The position numbers were made by a program, and so were the translations under genes. The notes under the pieces are model-generated. The model made no database searches, was not told the origin of the DNA, and saw nothing but the letters and a program-made list of their open reading frames with translations. From contig QGUN02000003.1 of assembly GCA_003242475.2 (NCBI GenBank), forward strand, positions 245 through 64,244: a stretch of 64,000 nucleotides of DNA, read 5' to 3'. This document shows, one piece after another, positions 41,510 to 50,303 of this stretch (positions are counted from its first letter, which is position 1; each line of letters begins with the position of its first letter). This DNA is from Pseudomonadota bacterium. GTDB taxonomy: Bacteria > Myxococcota > Myxococcia > Myxococcales > Vulgatibacteraceae.

Positions 41510-42592
41510 ATGCGGGCGAGAGCATCTGTGCTTTTCGTTTCCGCGCTCTGCGCGGCGGTGGTGGCGGCGCTGGCGAGCCGGGCCATCGTCGCGCGCGGGT
41601 GGGAAGCAGCGCCAGCGGAGGCGCCGGGCCCCGACCTCGCCGATTTCACCGCGGAGCGGAAGGGCCGGGAACTCGCCCTCTCCCGGCTGGTCGAGGAGGG
41701 GAGGTGGGAGACGGTCGAACGCGAGGCGCAGGCCCTGCTCGATCTCGACCCGATCAGCGAGGTCGCTCGCGCGGCGCTCGAGCGCAGCCGCGAGGAGATC
41801 GACGCCCGCGACCGGCTCGAGAAGGCGCTTCACCTGCTCGAGGAGGGGCGCGAGGAGGATGCCCTTCTCGGGCTCCTGGCGATCCCGGAGGCGACCGAGG
41901 CGGGGACGAGGGCGAGGGTGGAGGCCGGGCCGCTCCGGGAGCGGGTGGCAAGGAGGGCCCGAGCGGATTGCCTCGGCCTGGCCCGCGCCGGCCGCCACGA
42001 GGAAGCGCTGAGGCGATGCCGGCTCCACCTGGATCTGACCTGCGGCGAGGAGGCCGACCCCGCGGTTCTGCAGCGGCAGCGTTGGCTGGAGCGGAAGCTC
42101 GGCCTCGCCGGGGATGCGGCCTGGAGCTGCCCCCAGCGCTCGGTCGCGATCGTGGAGGCCGGCGGGGCAGACGTGCGGGCCATCCTGCGGGCCTGGGAAC
42201 GAGGCGAGGCCGGCGACCACGCCGCGCTGCGGCTCGAGCGCCTCGCCGAAAAGGGAGACGCGGAGGCCGCCCGCCACGCGGAAGCGGTACGCGAGGCGGA
42301 GATCCGCCTGCGGGAAGCCGCCTCCTCCCTCCTCGACGGGGAGCTGGAGCGGGCGTACCGGGCCCTCGGGCAGGCGGCCGCCACCGAGGAGCGGCTTCTG
42401 GGGCGGAGGCGCTCGCTGCGCTACCTCGAGCTCTCCGAGCGCTTCGCCCGGCTCGCTTTGAAGCGGGGGCTGGAGCTTTCCGAAAAGCGACGTTTCCGCG
42501 AGGCCCGGGAGATCCTACGCCTGGCCGCCGAGCTCGATCCCTCCAACCTGGACGTCTTGCGCGCCCTATGGCGACTGGAGGACGCCGAGTAG
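41510..42592 (+). CDS. Membrane-anchored helical-repeat (TPR-like) protein, possibly a TadD-like accessory
   Basis: N-terminal hydrophobic anchor VLFVSALCAAVVAALA. The remainder is Ala/Glu/Arg/Leu-rich helical repeats. The start lies 3 nt after the cpaF stop. Confidence 0.5.
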   Translation: MRARASVLFVSALCAAVVAALASRAIVARGWEAAPAEAPGPDLADFTAERKGRELALSRLVEEGRWETVEREAQALLDLDPISEVARAALERSREEIDARDRLEKALHLLEEGREEDALLGLLAIPEATEAGTRARVEAGPLRERVARRARADCLGLARAGRHEEALRRCRLHLDLTCGEEADPAVLQRQRWLERKLGLAGDAAWSCPQRSVAIVEAGGADVRAILRAWERGEAGDHAALRLERLAEKGDAEAARHAEAVREAEIRLREAASSLLDGELERAYRALGQAAATEERLLGRRRSLRYLELSERFARLALKRGLELSEKRRFREAREILRLAAELDPSNLDVLRALWRLEDAE

Positions 42593-42775
42593 GGCGGACG
42601 AGGGGCCGGCCCGGAGCGCGCCTCCAGAGCTCGGCAGCCGGGCGTGATCGTCGCGATCGGGCACCGCCGCAAGGCGCGGGTACGAGGACCGCAGCCCCGC
42701 CTCCGTCGCCACTGCAGGATGGTCCCGAATACAGGCTCCTAGGGCGATGTCGGGCGCGTCTGCTATACCGACATC

Positions 42776-45505
42776 ATGGAATCCGGCACCCGACCCGTCC
42801 TGACCCTGATCGACGGCTCCGCCTACATCTTCCGCGCCTACCACGCCATCCGTGCCGAACTCTCCACCTCGACGGGCATCCCCACCCGCGCCGTCTACGG
42901 CTTCACCCGGATGCTCCTCAAGTCGTTGCGGGAGGCCTCACCCACCCACGTGGCGGTGGTCTGGGATCGGGACGGGAGGGCGGTTCGCCACCAGCTCGAC
43001 CCCGAGTACAAGGCCCATCGCGAGGAGACGCCCGACGACCTCAAGGCCCAGTTCCCCTACATCCGGCAGGTGGTCGAGGCCCTGGAGGTGCCGAGCGTGG
43101 AGAAGGAGGGCTGGGAGGCGGACGACGTCATCGCCACCTTGACTCGCCGCGCCGTCGAGGAGGGCTTCGACGTGGTCATCGTCACCGGCGACAAGGATTT
43201 CTCCCAGCTCGTCGGCCCCCACGTGCGGCTCTACGACGGCATGCTCGACCGTTGGACGGGGCCCGCCGAGGTGGAGGAGCGGTGGGGCGTGCCGCCCGAG
43301 CTCTTCGTCGAGGTACAAAGCCTCGTCGGCGATACCTCCGACAACATCCCCGGCGTGCCCGGGGTGGGGAAGAAGACCGCGGCGGACCTCGTGCGCAAGT
43401 ACGGCAGGCTCGAGGAGGTGATCGCGGCGTGCGAGCGCGGCGAGGTCAAGAGCAAGCGGATCGCGGAGGCGATCCTCGCCGCGAAGGAGAGGCTCGCGCT
43501 CAACCGCGACCTCGTCCGGCTCCGCGACGACCTGGAGCTCGAACGCGGGCCGGCCGACCTCGCCCGGCGCACGCCGGACGTCGGCCGCGTGCAGAACCTC
43601 TTCCGCGAGCTCGAGTTCTACGCGCTCTTGCGCGAACTTCCCGCGGTCCTGCGCCAGGTGGGGGTTCCCTACGTCCAGCCGGCGTCACGGGAGCCGGTCC
43701 AGGCCGCCGAATTCCAGATCCCGCCCGTCGAGATCGTCGTCGAGCCGGAGGAATTCGGGCGGCTGCTCTCCCGCGTCCGCGGGGCCGAGCGCCTCGGGTT
43801 GCGCCTGGCGCCTCCCGAGGAGCGGGTCCACCTGGCCTCGCCCCCGGGCGTCGCCCTGGCTTTCCCCGGCGAGGCGAGCGCCTACGTTCCCCTGGGGCAT
43901 CAGGGCCTGTTCGAGCGGGGTGCCGCCGATCCCGACGCCTGGCTTCGCGAGCTGGTGAAAGCGGTGGGAGAGCGGCCCTGGTCCGGCATCCAGACCAAGC
44001 GCGACCTCCTCCTCGTCCTCGCGCGCGGCCTCTCGATTCCCGGGCCCGCGGGCGACGCGGAGCTCGCGGCCTACCTTCTCAACCCGGCCCGGCGCACATT
44101 CGACATCGTCGACCTGGCGCGGGAAAAGCTCGGCGCCGAACTACGCGAGTACGCCGAGATCGCCGGCGCGGGAAGGGATCGGCGGCCCTTCGCGCTCCTC
44201 GACGCGGAGGTCGGCGGCACTTGGCTCGCCCAGACCGCGGCCTGCGCCCTGGCCGTGGAGGAGCGGTTGCGGCCGGAACTCGAGCAGGCGGGCCTCGACC
44301 GGATCTACCGCGAGCTCGAGATCCCTCTCGTCCCCATCCTGGCGCGGATGGAGCACGTGGGCGTCAAGCTCGATCCCTCGAGGCTGGAGGCGCTCGGCAA
44401 GGAGGTCGACGCCCGCCTCGCCGAGGTGCTGGAGGCCTGCCATCGCGTGGCCGGGCGCGAGGTGAACGTGGCTTCCCCGCGCCAGCTCGCCCAGCTCCTC
44501 TTCGAGGAGCTCAAGCTCCCGGTGATCAAGCGGACCAAGACCGGCCCCTCCACCGACCACGAGGTGCTCGAGAAGCTCGCCGAGCAGCACCCGCTGCCGA
44601 AGCTGATCCTCGAGCACCGCATGCTGGCCAAGCTCAAGGGAACCTACATCGACACGCTGCCCCAGCTCGTCTCCGAGGACGGCCGCCTGCGCACCACCTT
44701 CGAGCAGGCGGGAACCGCCACGGGGCGGCTCTCCTCGAGCAATCCCAATTTGATGAACATCCCCATTCGCACCGAGCTGGGACGGCGGATCCGCCAGGCC
44801 TTCGTCGCCGAGGAGGGCTACCTCCTCCTCACCGCCGACTACTCCCAGATCGAGATGCGGGTCCTCGCCCACGTCACCGGCGACCCCGGGCTGATCCGTG
44901 CGCTGCGCGAAGGGGCCGACATCCACCGCCGCACCGCATCCGAGATCTTCGACGTGAAGGAAACGGAGGTGACGCCGGAGCAGCGGGGCGTGGCCAAGAT
45001 GGTCAACTACGCCGTGGCTTACGGCCTTTCTGCCTACGGCCTCTCCACCCGACTGGACATCACGCCCCGCGAGGCGGCCGACATCATCGCCCGCTACTTC
45101 GAGCGCTACGCGGGGGTGAAGGCCTGGATCGACCGCATCGTGGAGGAGGCCCGGCAAAAGGGCTACGTCACCACCCTGGAGGGGAGGCGGCGCTTCTTGC
45201 CGGACCTGCGCTCGCGCAACCCGAATCTGCGGCAGGCGGCGGAGCGGGCGGCGATCAACATGCCCATCCAGGGCACCGCCGCCGACATCATGAAACGGGC
45301 GATGATCCGCGTCGACCAGGCGCTCTCGGCGGCCCGCAGCGGGGCGAGGCTGCTTCTGCAGGTCCACGACGAGCTCGTCCTCGAGGTGCCCCAGGGGGAA
45401 GTCGAGAAGGTCAGCCACATCGTTCGCGAGGGCATGGAGGGCGCGGCGCACCTGGACGTTCCCCTGGTGGCGGAGATCAACGTCGGCGAAACCTGGGAGA
45501 AATGA
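42776..45505 (+). CDS. polA: DNA polymerase I
   Basis: 5' nuclease region LIDGSAYIFRAYHA...VTGDKDFSQL. Polymerase motifs DYSQIEMRVLAH, RGVAKMVNYAVAYG and LLQVHDELVLEV. Confidence 0.95.
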   Translation: MESGTRPVLTLIDGSAYIFRAYHAIRAELSTSTGIPTRAVYGFTRMLLKSLREASPTHVAVVWDRDGRAVRHQLDPEYKAHREETPDDLKAQFPYIRQVVEALEVPSVEKEGWEADDVIATLTRRAVEEGFDVVIVTGDKDFSQLVGPHVRLYDGMLDRWTGPAEVEERWGVPPELFVEVQSLVGDTSDNIPGVPGVGKKTAADLVRKYGRLEEVIAACERGEVKSKRIAEAILAAKERLALNRDLVRLRDDLELERGPADLARRTPDVGRVQNLFRELEFYALLRELPAVLRQVGVPYVQPASREPVQAAEFQIPPVEIVVEPEEFGRLLSRVRGAERLGLRLAPPEERVHLASPPGVALAFPGEASAYVPLGHQGLFERGAADPDAWLRELVKAVGERPWSGIQTKRDLLLVLARGLSIPGPAGDAELAAYLLNPARRTFDIVDLAREKLGAELREYAEIAGAGRDRRPFALLDAEVGGTWLAQTAACALAVEERLRPELEQAGLDRIYRELEIPLVPILARMEHVGVKLDPSRLEALGKEVDARLAEVLEACHRVAGREVNVASPRQLAQLLFEELKLPVIKRTKTGPSTDHEVLEKLAEQHPLPKLILEHRMLAKLKGTYIDTLPQLVSEDGRLRTTFEQAGTATGRLSSSNPNLMNIPIRTELGRRIRQAFVAEEGYLLLTADYSQIEMRVLAHVTGDPGLIRALREGADIHRRTASEIFDVKETEVTPEQRGVAKMVNYAVAYGLSAYGLSTRLDITPREAADIIARYFERYAGVKAWIDRIVEEARQKGYVTTLEGRRRFLPDLRSRNPNLRQAAERAAINMPIQGTAADIMKRAMIRVDQALSAARSGARLLLQVHDELVLEVPQGEVEKVSHIVREGMEGAAHLDVPLVAEINVGETWEK

Positions 45506-45666
45506 GCCAGGCCGGTCTCGCCCCGCGGAAGGGCCGGTCAGTCGCATCGCCGAAATCGCGTCCTGGCCGCGGCGGCCGGTGTGCGACACCCCTTCCGGCC
45601 CCTGTCTTGTCGTCGGTCCGCGGGTCTTGATGACGTTTTCGCCCCGATGTTGCGGAGTCGATTCGC

Positions 45667-46296
45667 ATGAAGTCGAAAGCGTGGTTCGGACTGGTCGCGG
45701 CCCTCTTCTTCTCGACGGGCTGCGAGCTGCTCTGGGAGTGGTACTACGGCGACGTGGACGAGCCCTGCGCCGACGTATGGGAGCCCGTCTGCGGCCGCGA
45801 CGGCGTGACGTATCCCAACGCCTGCGTCGCCCGCCAGGAGGGGGTGGCCGTCGCCTACCGGGGCGAGTGCGAGGACGACTGCCGACTCGATCGCAACGTG
45901 CGTTGCGAGGTCATGTGCGACTGTCCGCGGATCTGGGAGCCGGTCTGCGACGCTGCGGGCAACGTCTACGCGAATCGGTGCTTCGCGCGCTGCGCCGAGG
46001 CCGGCGAGGTGGAGCCCTGCGACGTCGACCGCTGCGCCTGCCCCGACGTGTGGGAGCCGGTCTGTGACGCGCGAGGCAACGTTTACGCCAACCGCTGCGA
46101 GGCCCGCTGCCTGGGCGAGACCCGGGTGCGTCCCTGCGATCGGGAGGGCGATCCGGTCCCGCCCCGCGAGCCTGGCGAGGATTGCGAATGCCCCCTGCTG
46201 TGGGCGCCCGTTTGCACGGCCGACGGCTCCGTCTATCCCAACCGCTGCGTGGCTGCCTGCGAGGGGGTCTACGACGTCGTTCCCTGCGAAAGCTGA
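45667..46296 (+). CDS. Lipoprotein with four tandem Kazal-type (serine protease inhibitor-like) domains
   Basis: Signal WFGLVAALFFSTGC. Four repeats of C-x4-5-(E/A)PVC-x3-G-x-(T/V)Y-x-N-x-C-x-A-x-C...C: CADVWEPVCGRDGVTYPNAC, CPRIWEPVCDAAGNVYANRC, CPDVWEPVCDARGNVYANRC, CPLLWAPVCTADGSVYPNRC. Confidence 0.8.
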   Translation: MKSKAWFGLVAALFFSTGCELLWEWYYGDVDEPCADVWEPVCGRDGVTYPNACVARQEGVAVAYRGECEDDCRLDRNVRCEVMCDCPRIWEPVCDAAGNVYANRCFARCAEAGEVEPCDVDRCACPDVWEPVCDARGNVYANRCEARCLGETRVRPCDREGDPVPPREPGEDCECPLLWAPVCTADGSVYPNRCVAACEGVYDVVPCES

Positions 46297-46313
46297 GCGA
46301 GAGGCTGAGGGGG

Positions 46314-46394
46314 ATGAAGACGACGACCTGGTTCGGCTTGATCGACGCGGTCTGCGCGGGGGTGACGGAACCGGTCCCCTGCGTCGAGGACTAG
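46314..46394 (+). CDS. 26-codon ORF echoing the N-terminus of the Kazal protein (micro-protein or gene remnant)
   Basis: GAGGCTGAGGGGG precedes the ATG at 46314. Product is MKTTTWFGLIDAVCAGVTEPVPCVED-stop; compare MKSKAWFGLVAALFF and CPDVWEPVC in the upstream gene. Confidence 0.3.
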   Translation: MKTTTWFGLIDAVCAGVTEPVPCVED

Positions 46395-46406
46395 ACGGCG
46401 ATCCTC

Positions 46407-47486
46407 TCAGTGCAGGTAACGGGGCCGGGAAGGGGGCTCGAAGCCGTCCTCGCCCGGCCCGCGTTCTTCCGAGGACCCGGCCGCGGGCCATTCGCCGAGC
46501 GGGGCGGTCCCGCTCCACCCGCGGCCCTCGTCCGGCCCGGGAGCGGAGGGGGCTTCCGCGGGGGACGTGAACGCCTCGTCGAGCGCTTCCTCGGCCTCCA
46601 TCTCCTCGAGCCGCCGCCGGCGGCTCCTCTTCTTTCTCCACGCGGCCACGAGGAGGACGAGCGCCGCGCTCGCCCAGAGGAGCTCGGTGTCCATGAGGAC
46701 GGCGAGCCAGCCGTAGCGCAGCTTCAGGCTACGCCTCCACTCCTCCTCCAGAACGACGAGCGGCTTGCCGTAGGCCTGGGTCAGCGCCTCGGGGAAGGCG
46801 CGGCCTTCCGCCAGACCCGCGATCAGGCGGCGAAAGGGCTCGCCCCGCTCGACCGCGATCAGGTGGCCGACCATCGAGGCGCTCTGGGCGTAGGCGAGGT
46901 TCACGTCGGTGGGCGAGTGGGGCCAGTCCTCGTCGAGTTCCGAGAGGGGGATCAGCGCCCGGGCCAGGGTGGCGCGCGCCACCACGGCGGCGCGCGAGCG
47001 GTCCCACTCGCTGGCCACGTGCAGGGCGAAGCCCTCGTTGAACCAGCGCGGGACGGGGCCCTGGACGAGCCGTCCAAGGGCGACGTGGGCGAACTCGTGC
47101 AGGACCACGTTGCGCACGCTCCCGGCCCGGCCCGAGGCCTGCGCGTCCACGACGAGGATTCCCAGGCCGGAGAAGGCCACGCCCGCGGCCCAGCCCGGTG
47201 GCCGGGCGCCGGCAGGCTGGAGGGCCTGGAATTCCTCGCGGCCGTAGGCGATGCGGATCTCCACCGGGCGCGGGTCGGAAAGGCCGAGGATGGCCTCGAT
47301 CCGGCGCCAGTCGTCGGCGAGGTCTTCGGCGAGGTCGCGGGCGATCGCCTCCGCGGGCCCGGGAGCGGCCACGAGGACGAGGCGGGGATCGTCGGGTACG
47401 GGGACCGGTCGAACCTCGATGGCCGCAGCGGCGGCGGAAAGGAACGGGGCGAGGAGAAGGGCCAGTAGCAGGAGCGCGCGCCTCAT
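46407..47486 (-). CDS. Secreted zinc metallopeptidase (MA-clan, HExxH) with a C-terminal TM anchor
   Basis: Signal [18 protein letters not shown]. Contains [12 protein letters not shown]...[10 protein letters not shown], a TM segment [15 protein letters not shown] and a charged tail. Its ATG overlaps the DUF167 stop (ATGA). Confidence 0.65.
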   Translation of the reverse strand: MRRALLLLALLLAPFLSAAAAAIEVRPVPVPDDPRLVLVAAPGPAEAIARDLAEDLADDWRRIEAILGLSDPRPVEIRIAYGREEFQALQPAGARPPGWAAGVAFSGLGILVVDAQASGRAGSVRNVVLHEFAHVALGRLVQGPVPRWFNEGFALHVASEWDRSRAAVVARATLARALIPLSELDEDWPHSPTDVNLAYAQSASMVGHLIAVERGEPFRRLIAGLAEGRAFPEALTQAYGKPLVVLEEEWRRSLKLRYGWLAVLMDTELLWASAALVLLVAAWRKKRSRRRRLEEMEAEEALDEAFTSPAEAPSAPGPDEGRGWSGTAPLGEWPAAGSSEERGPGEDGFEPPSRPRYLH

Positions 47487-47782
47487 GAGGCCAGCGCTCC
47501 AGCCACGGTGGCGGGATCGACGCCGCGGAGGAGGATGGTCTTGCGACGTCCGGTCTCGCCGGCGACGATGGCCAGGTCGCGCCGGGGCAGCTTCAACCTC
47601 TCCGCGAGGAAGGAGAGGAGCTCCGCGTTGGCCGCGCCATCCACCGGAGGCGCGGCCACCTGGATCTTGAGCCTACCGTCGTGTTCTCCGACGGCCCGGG
47701 TGCGGGAGGCCCTGGGCTGGACCAGGATCTCCACCTTCACCCCTCCCTCCACCTCGCGAAGCCAGCCGGGCAGGGCGCTCAT
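47483..47782 (-). CDS. DUF167/YggU family protein
   Basis: [67 protein letters not shown]. Confidence 0.8.
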   Translation of the reverse strand: MSALPGWLREVEGGVKVEILVQPRASRTRAVGEHDGRLKIQVAAPPVDGAANAELLSFLAERLKLPRRDLAIVAGETGRRKTILLRGVDPATVAGALAS

Positions 47783-47820
47783 GAACCGAGCTTAACGCAG
47801 GTCCGCGAAAGCGCCACCCG

Positions 47821-47935
47821 GGCGCCTGGGAGCTCGTTCCTGCTCCTGACCGTCGCGAGGCGGCGGAAGCGGTCGGCGAGGGCGCTTCGCGCCGGGCGGC
47901 ATCTCCTCGCTCGCTTCGGCAAGCCTTCGCTCGTG
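47821..47935 (+). repeat. GC-rich intergenic repeat, copy 3
   Basis: GGCGCCTG...GACCGTCGCGAGGCGGCGGAAGCGGTCGGCGAGG (core 47848-47881) is 32/34 identical to the copy at 60792-60825. TCGGCAAGCCTT at 47917 matches 61647. Confidence 0.7.
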
Positions 47936-48008
47936 CCGCGCCGGCAGCCGCCCCGTCGCCGCGATGGCGCGACGACGGCAGCAGATAGGTGGGAAAGCAG
48001 CCCCCCGC

Positions 48009-48737
48009 TCAGCGGATGGCGTAGCGGACCTCGACCGTGGCGGCAACCCGGATCTGGCCCGGCTGGACCGGGGCCGAGACGTCGGCCGACTCCATGGCCA
48101 GGACCCGCGTGGCGAAGGGGCGAGGCGGCTCGAGCCCGTCCGAGGCGCCTTCGCCCGCGGCCACGAGATCGCCGAGCTCCACGCCGAGGGCGGCGGCGAT
48201 CGACTGCGCCTTCTTGCGCGCGTTTTCCGCCGCCTGCTTCAGGGCCTGGGCCCGCTGCTCGGTATCGTCGGCGAGCGAGAACTGGATGCCGTCCACCGAG
48301 TTCGCGCCGGCCGCCACGGCGGCGTCGAGGACGGCGCCCACCGTCGGGCCCTTGGCGCCGAGGTCGAGCAGGACCGTGACCGCGTTGGTCGAGCGGAAGC
48401 CGACGAGCTCGGGGGGACGGTTGGGGCGGTGGTCGTAGACCGGGTACAGCTCCGCCCGCGAGGTGCGGATGCGGTTCTCCGCCACGCCCAGCTTCTTCAG
48501 CGAGCTCAGGATTCGGTTCATCTTTTCGTTCACCGCCTTCTGGGCGGCGTCGGCGGTCCGGGCCTGCTCCTGCACGCCGAGCCGGATGGTGGCACGGTCG
48601 GGGGTGGCGAAGACCTCTCCCTGTCCCACGGCGACGATCACGTTCGGTCGCCGCCGGGCCTCACCGCGCTGGGCGAAAGCGCCGAGCGGGAGGGCGAGGG
48701 TGAAGGCCAGTGCCACGATGGGAATTCGGAAACGCAT
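48009..48737 (-). CDS. SIMPL (DUF541) family periplasmic protein
   Basis: Signal IVALAFTLALPLGAFA. Contains VGQGEVFATPDRATIRLGV...ADAAQKAVNEKMNRILSSLKKLGV...IRTS. Confidence 0.75.
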   Translation of the reverse strand: MRFRIPIVALAFTLALPLGAFAQRGEARRRPNVIVAVGQGEVFATPDRATIRLGVQEQARTADAAQKAVNEKMNRILSSLKKLGVAENRIRTSRAELYPVYDHRPNRPPELVGFRSTNAVTVLLDLGAKGPTVGAVLDAAVAAGANSVDGIQFSLADDTEQRAQALKQAAENARKKAQSIAAALGVELGDLVAAGEGASDGLEPPRPFATRVLAMESADVSAPVQPGQIRVAATVEVRYAIR

Positions 48738-48779
48738 GGATGCTCCTTGCGAGGGTCGGTAACGCTGCCGAGTGGGACG

Positions 48780-50303
48780 TCAACCGATGATGAAATCTTC
48801 ACGGACGAGCTCGCCCCGCTCGTAGCGATCCAGGGTGAAGCGGTCGAAGATCTCGTCCTTGGGCCCGCCCGTCATCCAGATGGCCATCAGCTCCGTCACC
48901 GCCGGGGCCATCATGAAGCCGTGCCCGACGAAGCCGTTGAGCTGGAGGAAATTGGGCAGGCGCGGGGTCTCGCCCAGGATGGGATTGTTGTCGGGCGTGA
49001 CGTCGTAGCAGCCCGCCCACTGCCGGATGACCTTCACGTCGGCCATGCGGGGGATGCAACGGACGATGGCCCGGGCGTAGCGCGCGAGGAAGCGCAGGGT
49101 GGAGCCGGTCTCGAAGCGCGGAGGCTCCTTCGGATCGCCCATGCCGCCCACGATCTCGCCGCGCATCGACTGGCTGAAGTAGAGGCCGCTGTCGAGGACG
49201 GAGACCAGCGGGCCGAGCCAGGGCTTGAGGGGCTCGCTGGCGCAGATCTCGTGGCGATGGGGGCGGTTGGGAAGCTCGACGCCGGCCAGCTTCGCCACGC
49301 CAGGAGACCAGGCGCCCGCGGCGTTGACCAGGGTGCGGCAGCGCACCGTGCCGCGGTCGGTCAAGACCGCCCGCACCCGGCCGCCGCCGGTCTCGATCCC
49401 GGTCACCTTGGTGAAGGTCTCGACCCGCGCGCCCAGCCTCCGGGCGCCCTTGGCGTAGCCCCAGACGAAGGGCCAGGGGAAGACCACGCCGTCCTCGGGA
49501 TTGTAGGAGGCCGCGACGAAGCCCTCGGTGGCGAGCTCCGGAACGATCTCGCGGGCGCCGTCGGGGCTGAGCAGGCGCGTGGGAACACCGAGGGAGTTCT
49601 GCAGGGCGGCGCTTCGTTCCAGCCGCTCCGCCGTCTTCTCGTCGGAGGCGAGGAAGAGATAGCCGCCCTGTCGGAACCAGACGTTGATGCCGTGCTCGCG
49701 GGCGAAGGCGCGGCAGATCTCCACCGAGCGCCGGGCGAGTCGCACGTTGGTCGGGGTGGACCACTGCATTCGCACCCCGCCGCCGTTGCGGCCGGAGGCG
49801 CCGCTGCACAGATAGCCCGCCTCCAGGACGAGGACGTCGCGCAGGCCCCGCTTGGCGAGGTTGTAGGCGAGGGCAAGCCCCATGATCCCGCCGCCGACGA
49901 TCACGACCTCCGCCTCGGCGGGGAGGGGCTCCATGGGCTTGAGGGGATGGGAGTGGGGGCAGGGGCTTCCGTCCTCGCCCACCCGCTCGTGGGGCTCCAC
50001 CGGCACGGGGACGCCTTCGCCCGGCGGCTCCTCCTCGTCGACCGGGTAGGTGGCCAGCTCGCCAAAGGAGAGCATCCGCGCCGGTGGGCGCGGGGTGAAG
50101 GGCTGCAAGGTCTCCGGCGCCAGCCCCGCCTCGCGGGCGAGGATGCGCGCCACGGCGGCCGTGCAGAGCTTGCCCTGGCAGGGGCCGGTACCAAAGCCGG
50201 TGAACCGCTTGACCGATTCGATGTCTCGGTGCCCGAGCGCGATCGCCTGCCGCACGTCGTCGATCGTGACGTCCTCGCAGGTGCAGACGAAGGTCTTGCT
50301 CAC
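48780..50303 (-). CDS. FAD-dependent oxidoreductase (SoxB/HcnC/OoxB-like DAO family) with an N-terminal BFD-like [2Fe-2S] domain
   Basis: BFD pattern VCTCEDVT...[10 protein letters not shown]. Then a dinucleotide fold [21 protein letters not shown]...[12 protein letters not shown]. Confidence 0.75.
   Translation of the reverse strand: MSKTFVCTCEDVTIDDVRQAIALGHRDIESVKRFTGFGTGPCQGKLCTAAVARILAREAGLAPETLQPFTPRPPARMLSFGELATYPVDEEEPPGEGVPVPVEPHERVGEDGSPCPHSHPLKPMEPLPAEAEVVIVGGGIMGLALAYNLAKRGLRDVLVLEAGYLCSGASGRNGGGVRMQWSTPTNVRLARRSVEICRAFAREHGINVWFRQGGYLFLASDEKTAERLERSAALQNSLGVPTRLLSPDGAREIVPELATEGFVAASYNPEDGVVFPWPFVWGYAKGARRLGARVETFTKVTGIETGGGRVRAVLTDRGTVRCRTLVNAAGAWSPGVAKLAGVELPNRPHRHEICASEPLKPWLGPLVSVLDSGLYFSQSMRGEIVGGMGDPKEPPRFETGSTLRFLARYARAIVRCIPRMADVKVIRQWAGCYDVTPDNNPILGETPRLPNFLQLNGFVGHGFMMAPAVTELMAIWMTGGPKDEIFDRFTLDRYERGELVREDFIIG

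Noticed and set aside
39346-45630. A 2094-codon plus-strand ORF spanning the secretin, cpaF, TPR and polA genes. Similar giant ORFs occur at 47964-50582 and 51994-54858 (plus strand) and at 35845-38049, 37865-40090 and 32802-34565 (minus strand).
   Set aside because: Their products are Arg/Gly/Pro/Ala-rich low-complexity strings. Each overlaps, in another frame or on the opposite strand, genes with unmistakable conserved motifs. This is the usual open-frame artefact of GC-rich DNA.
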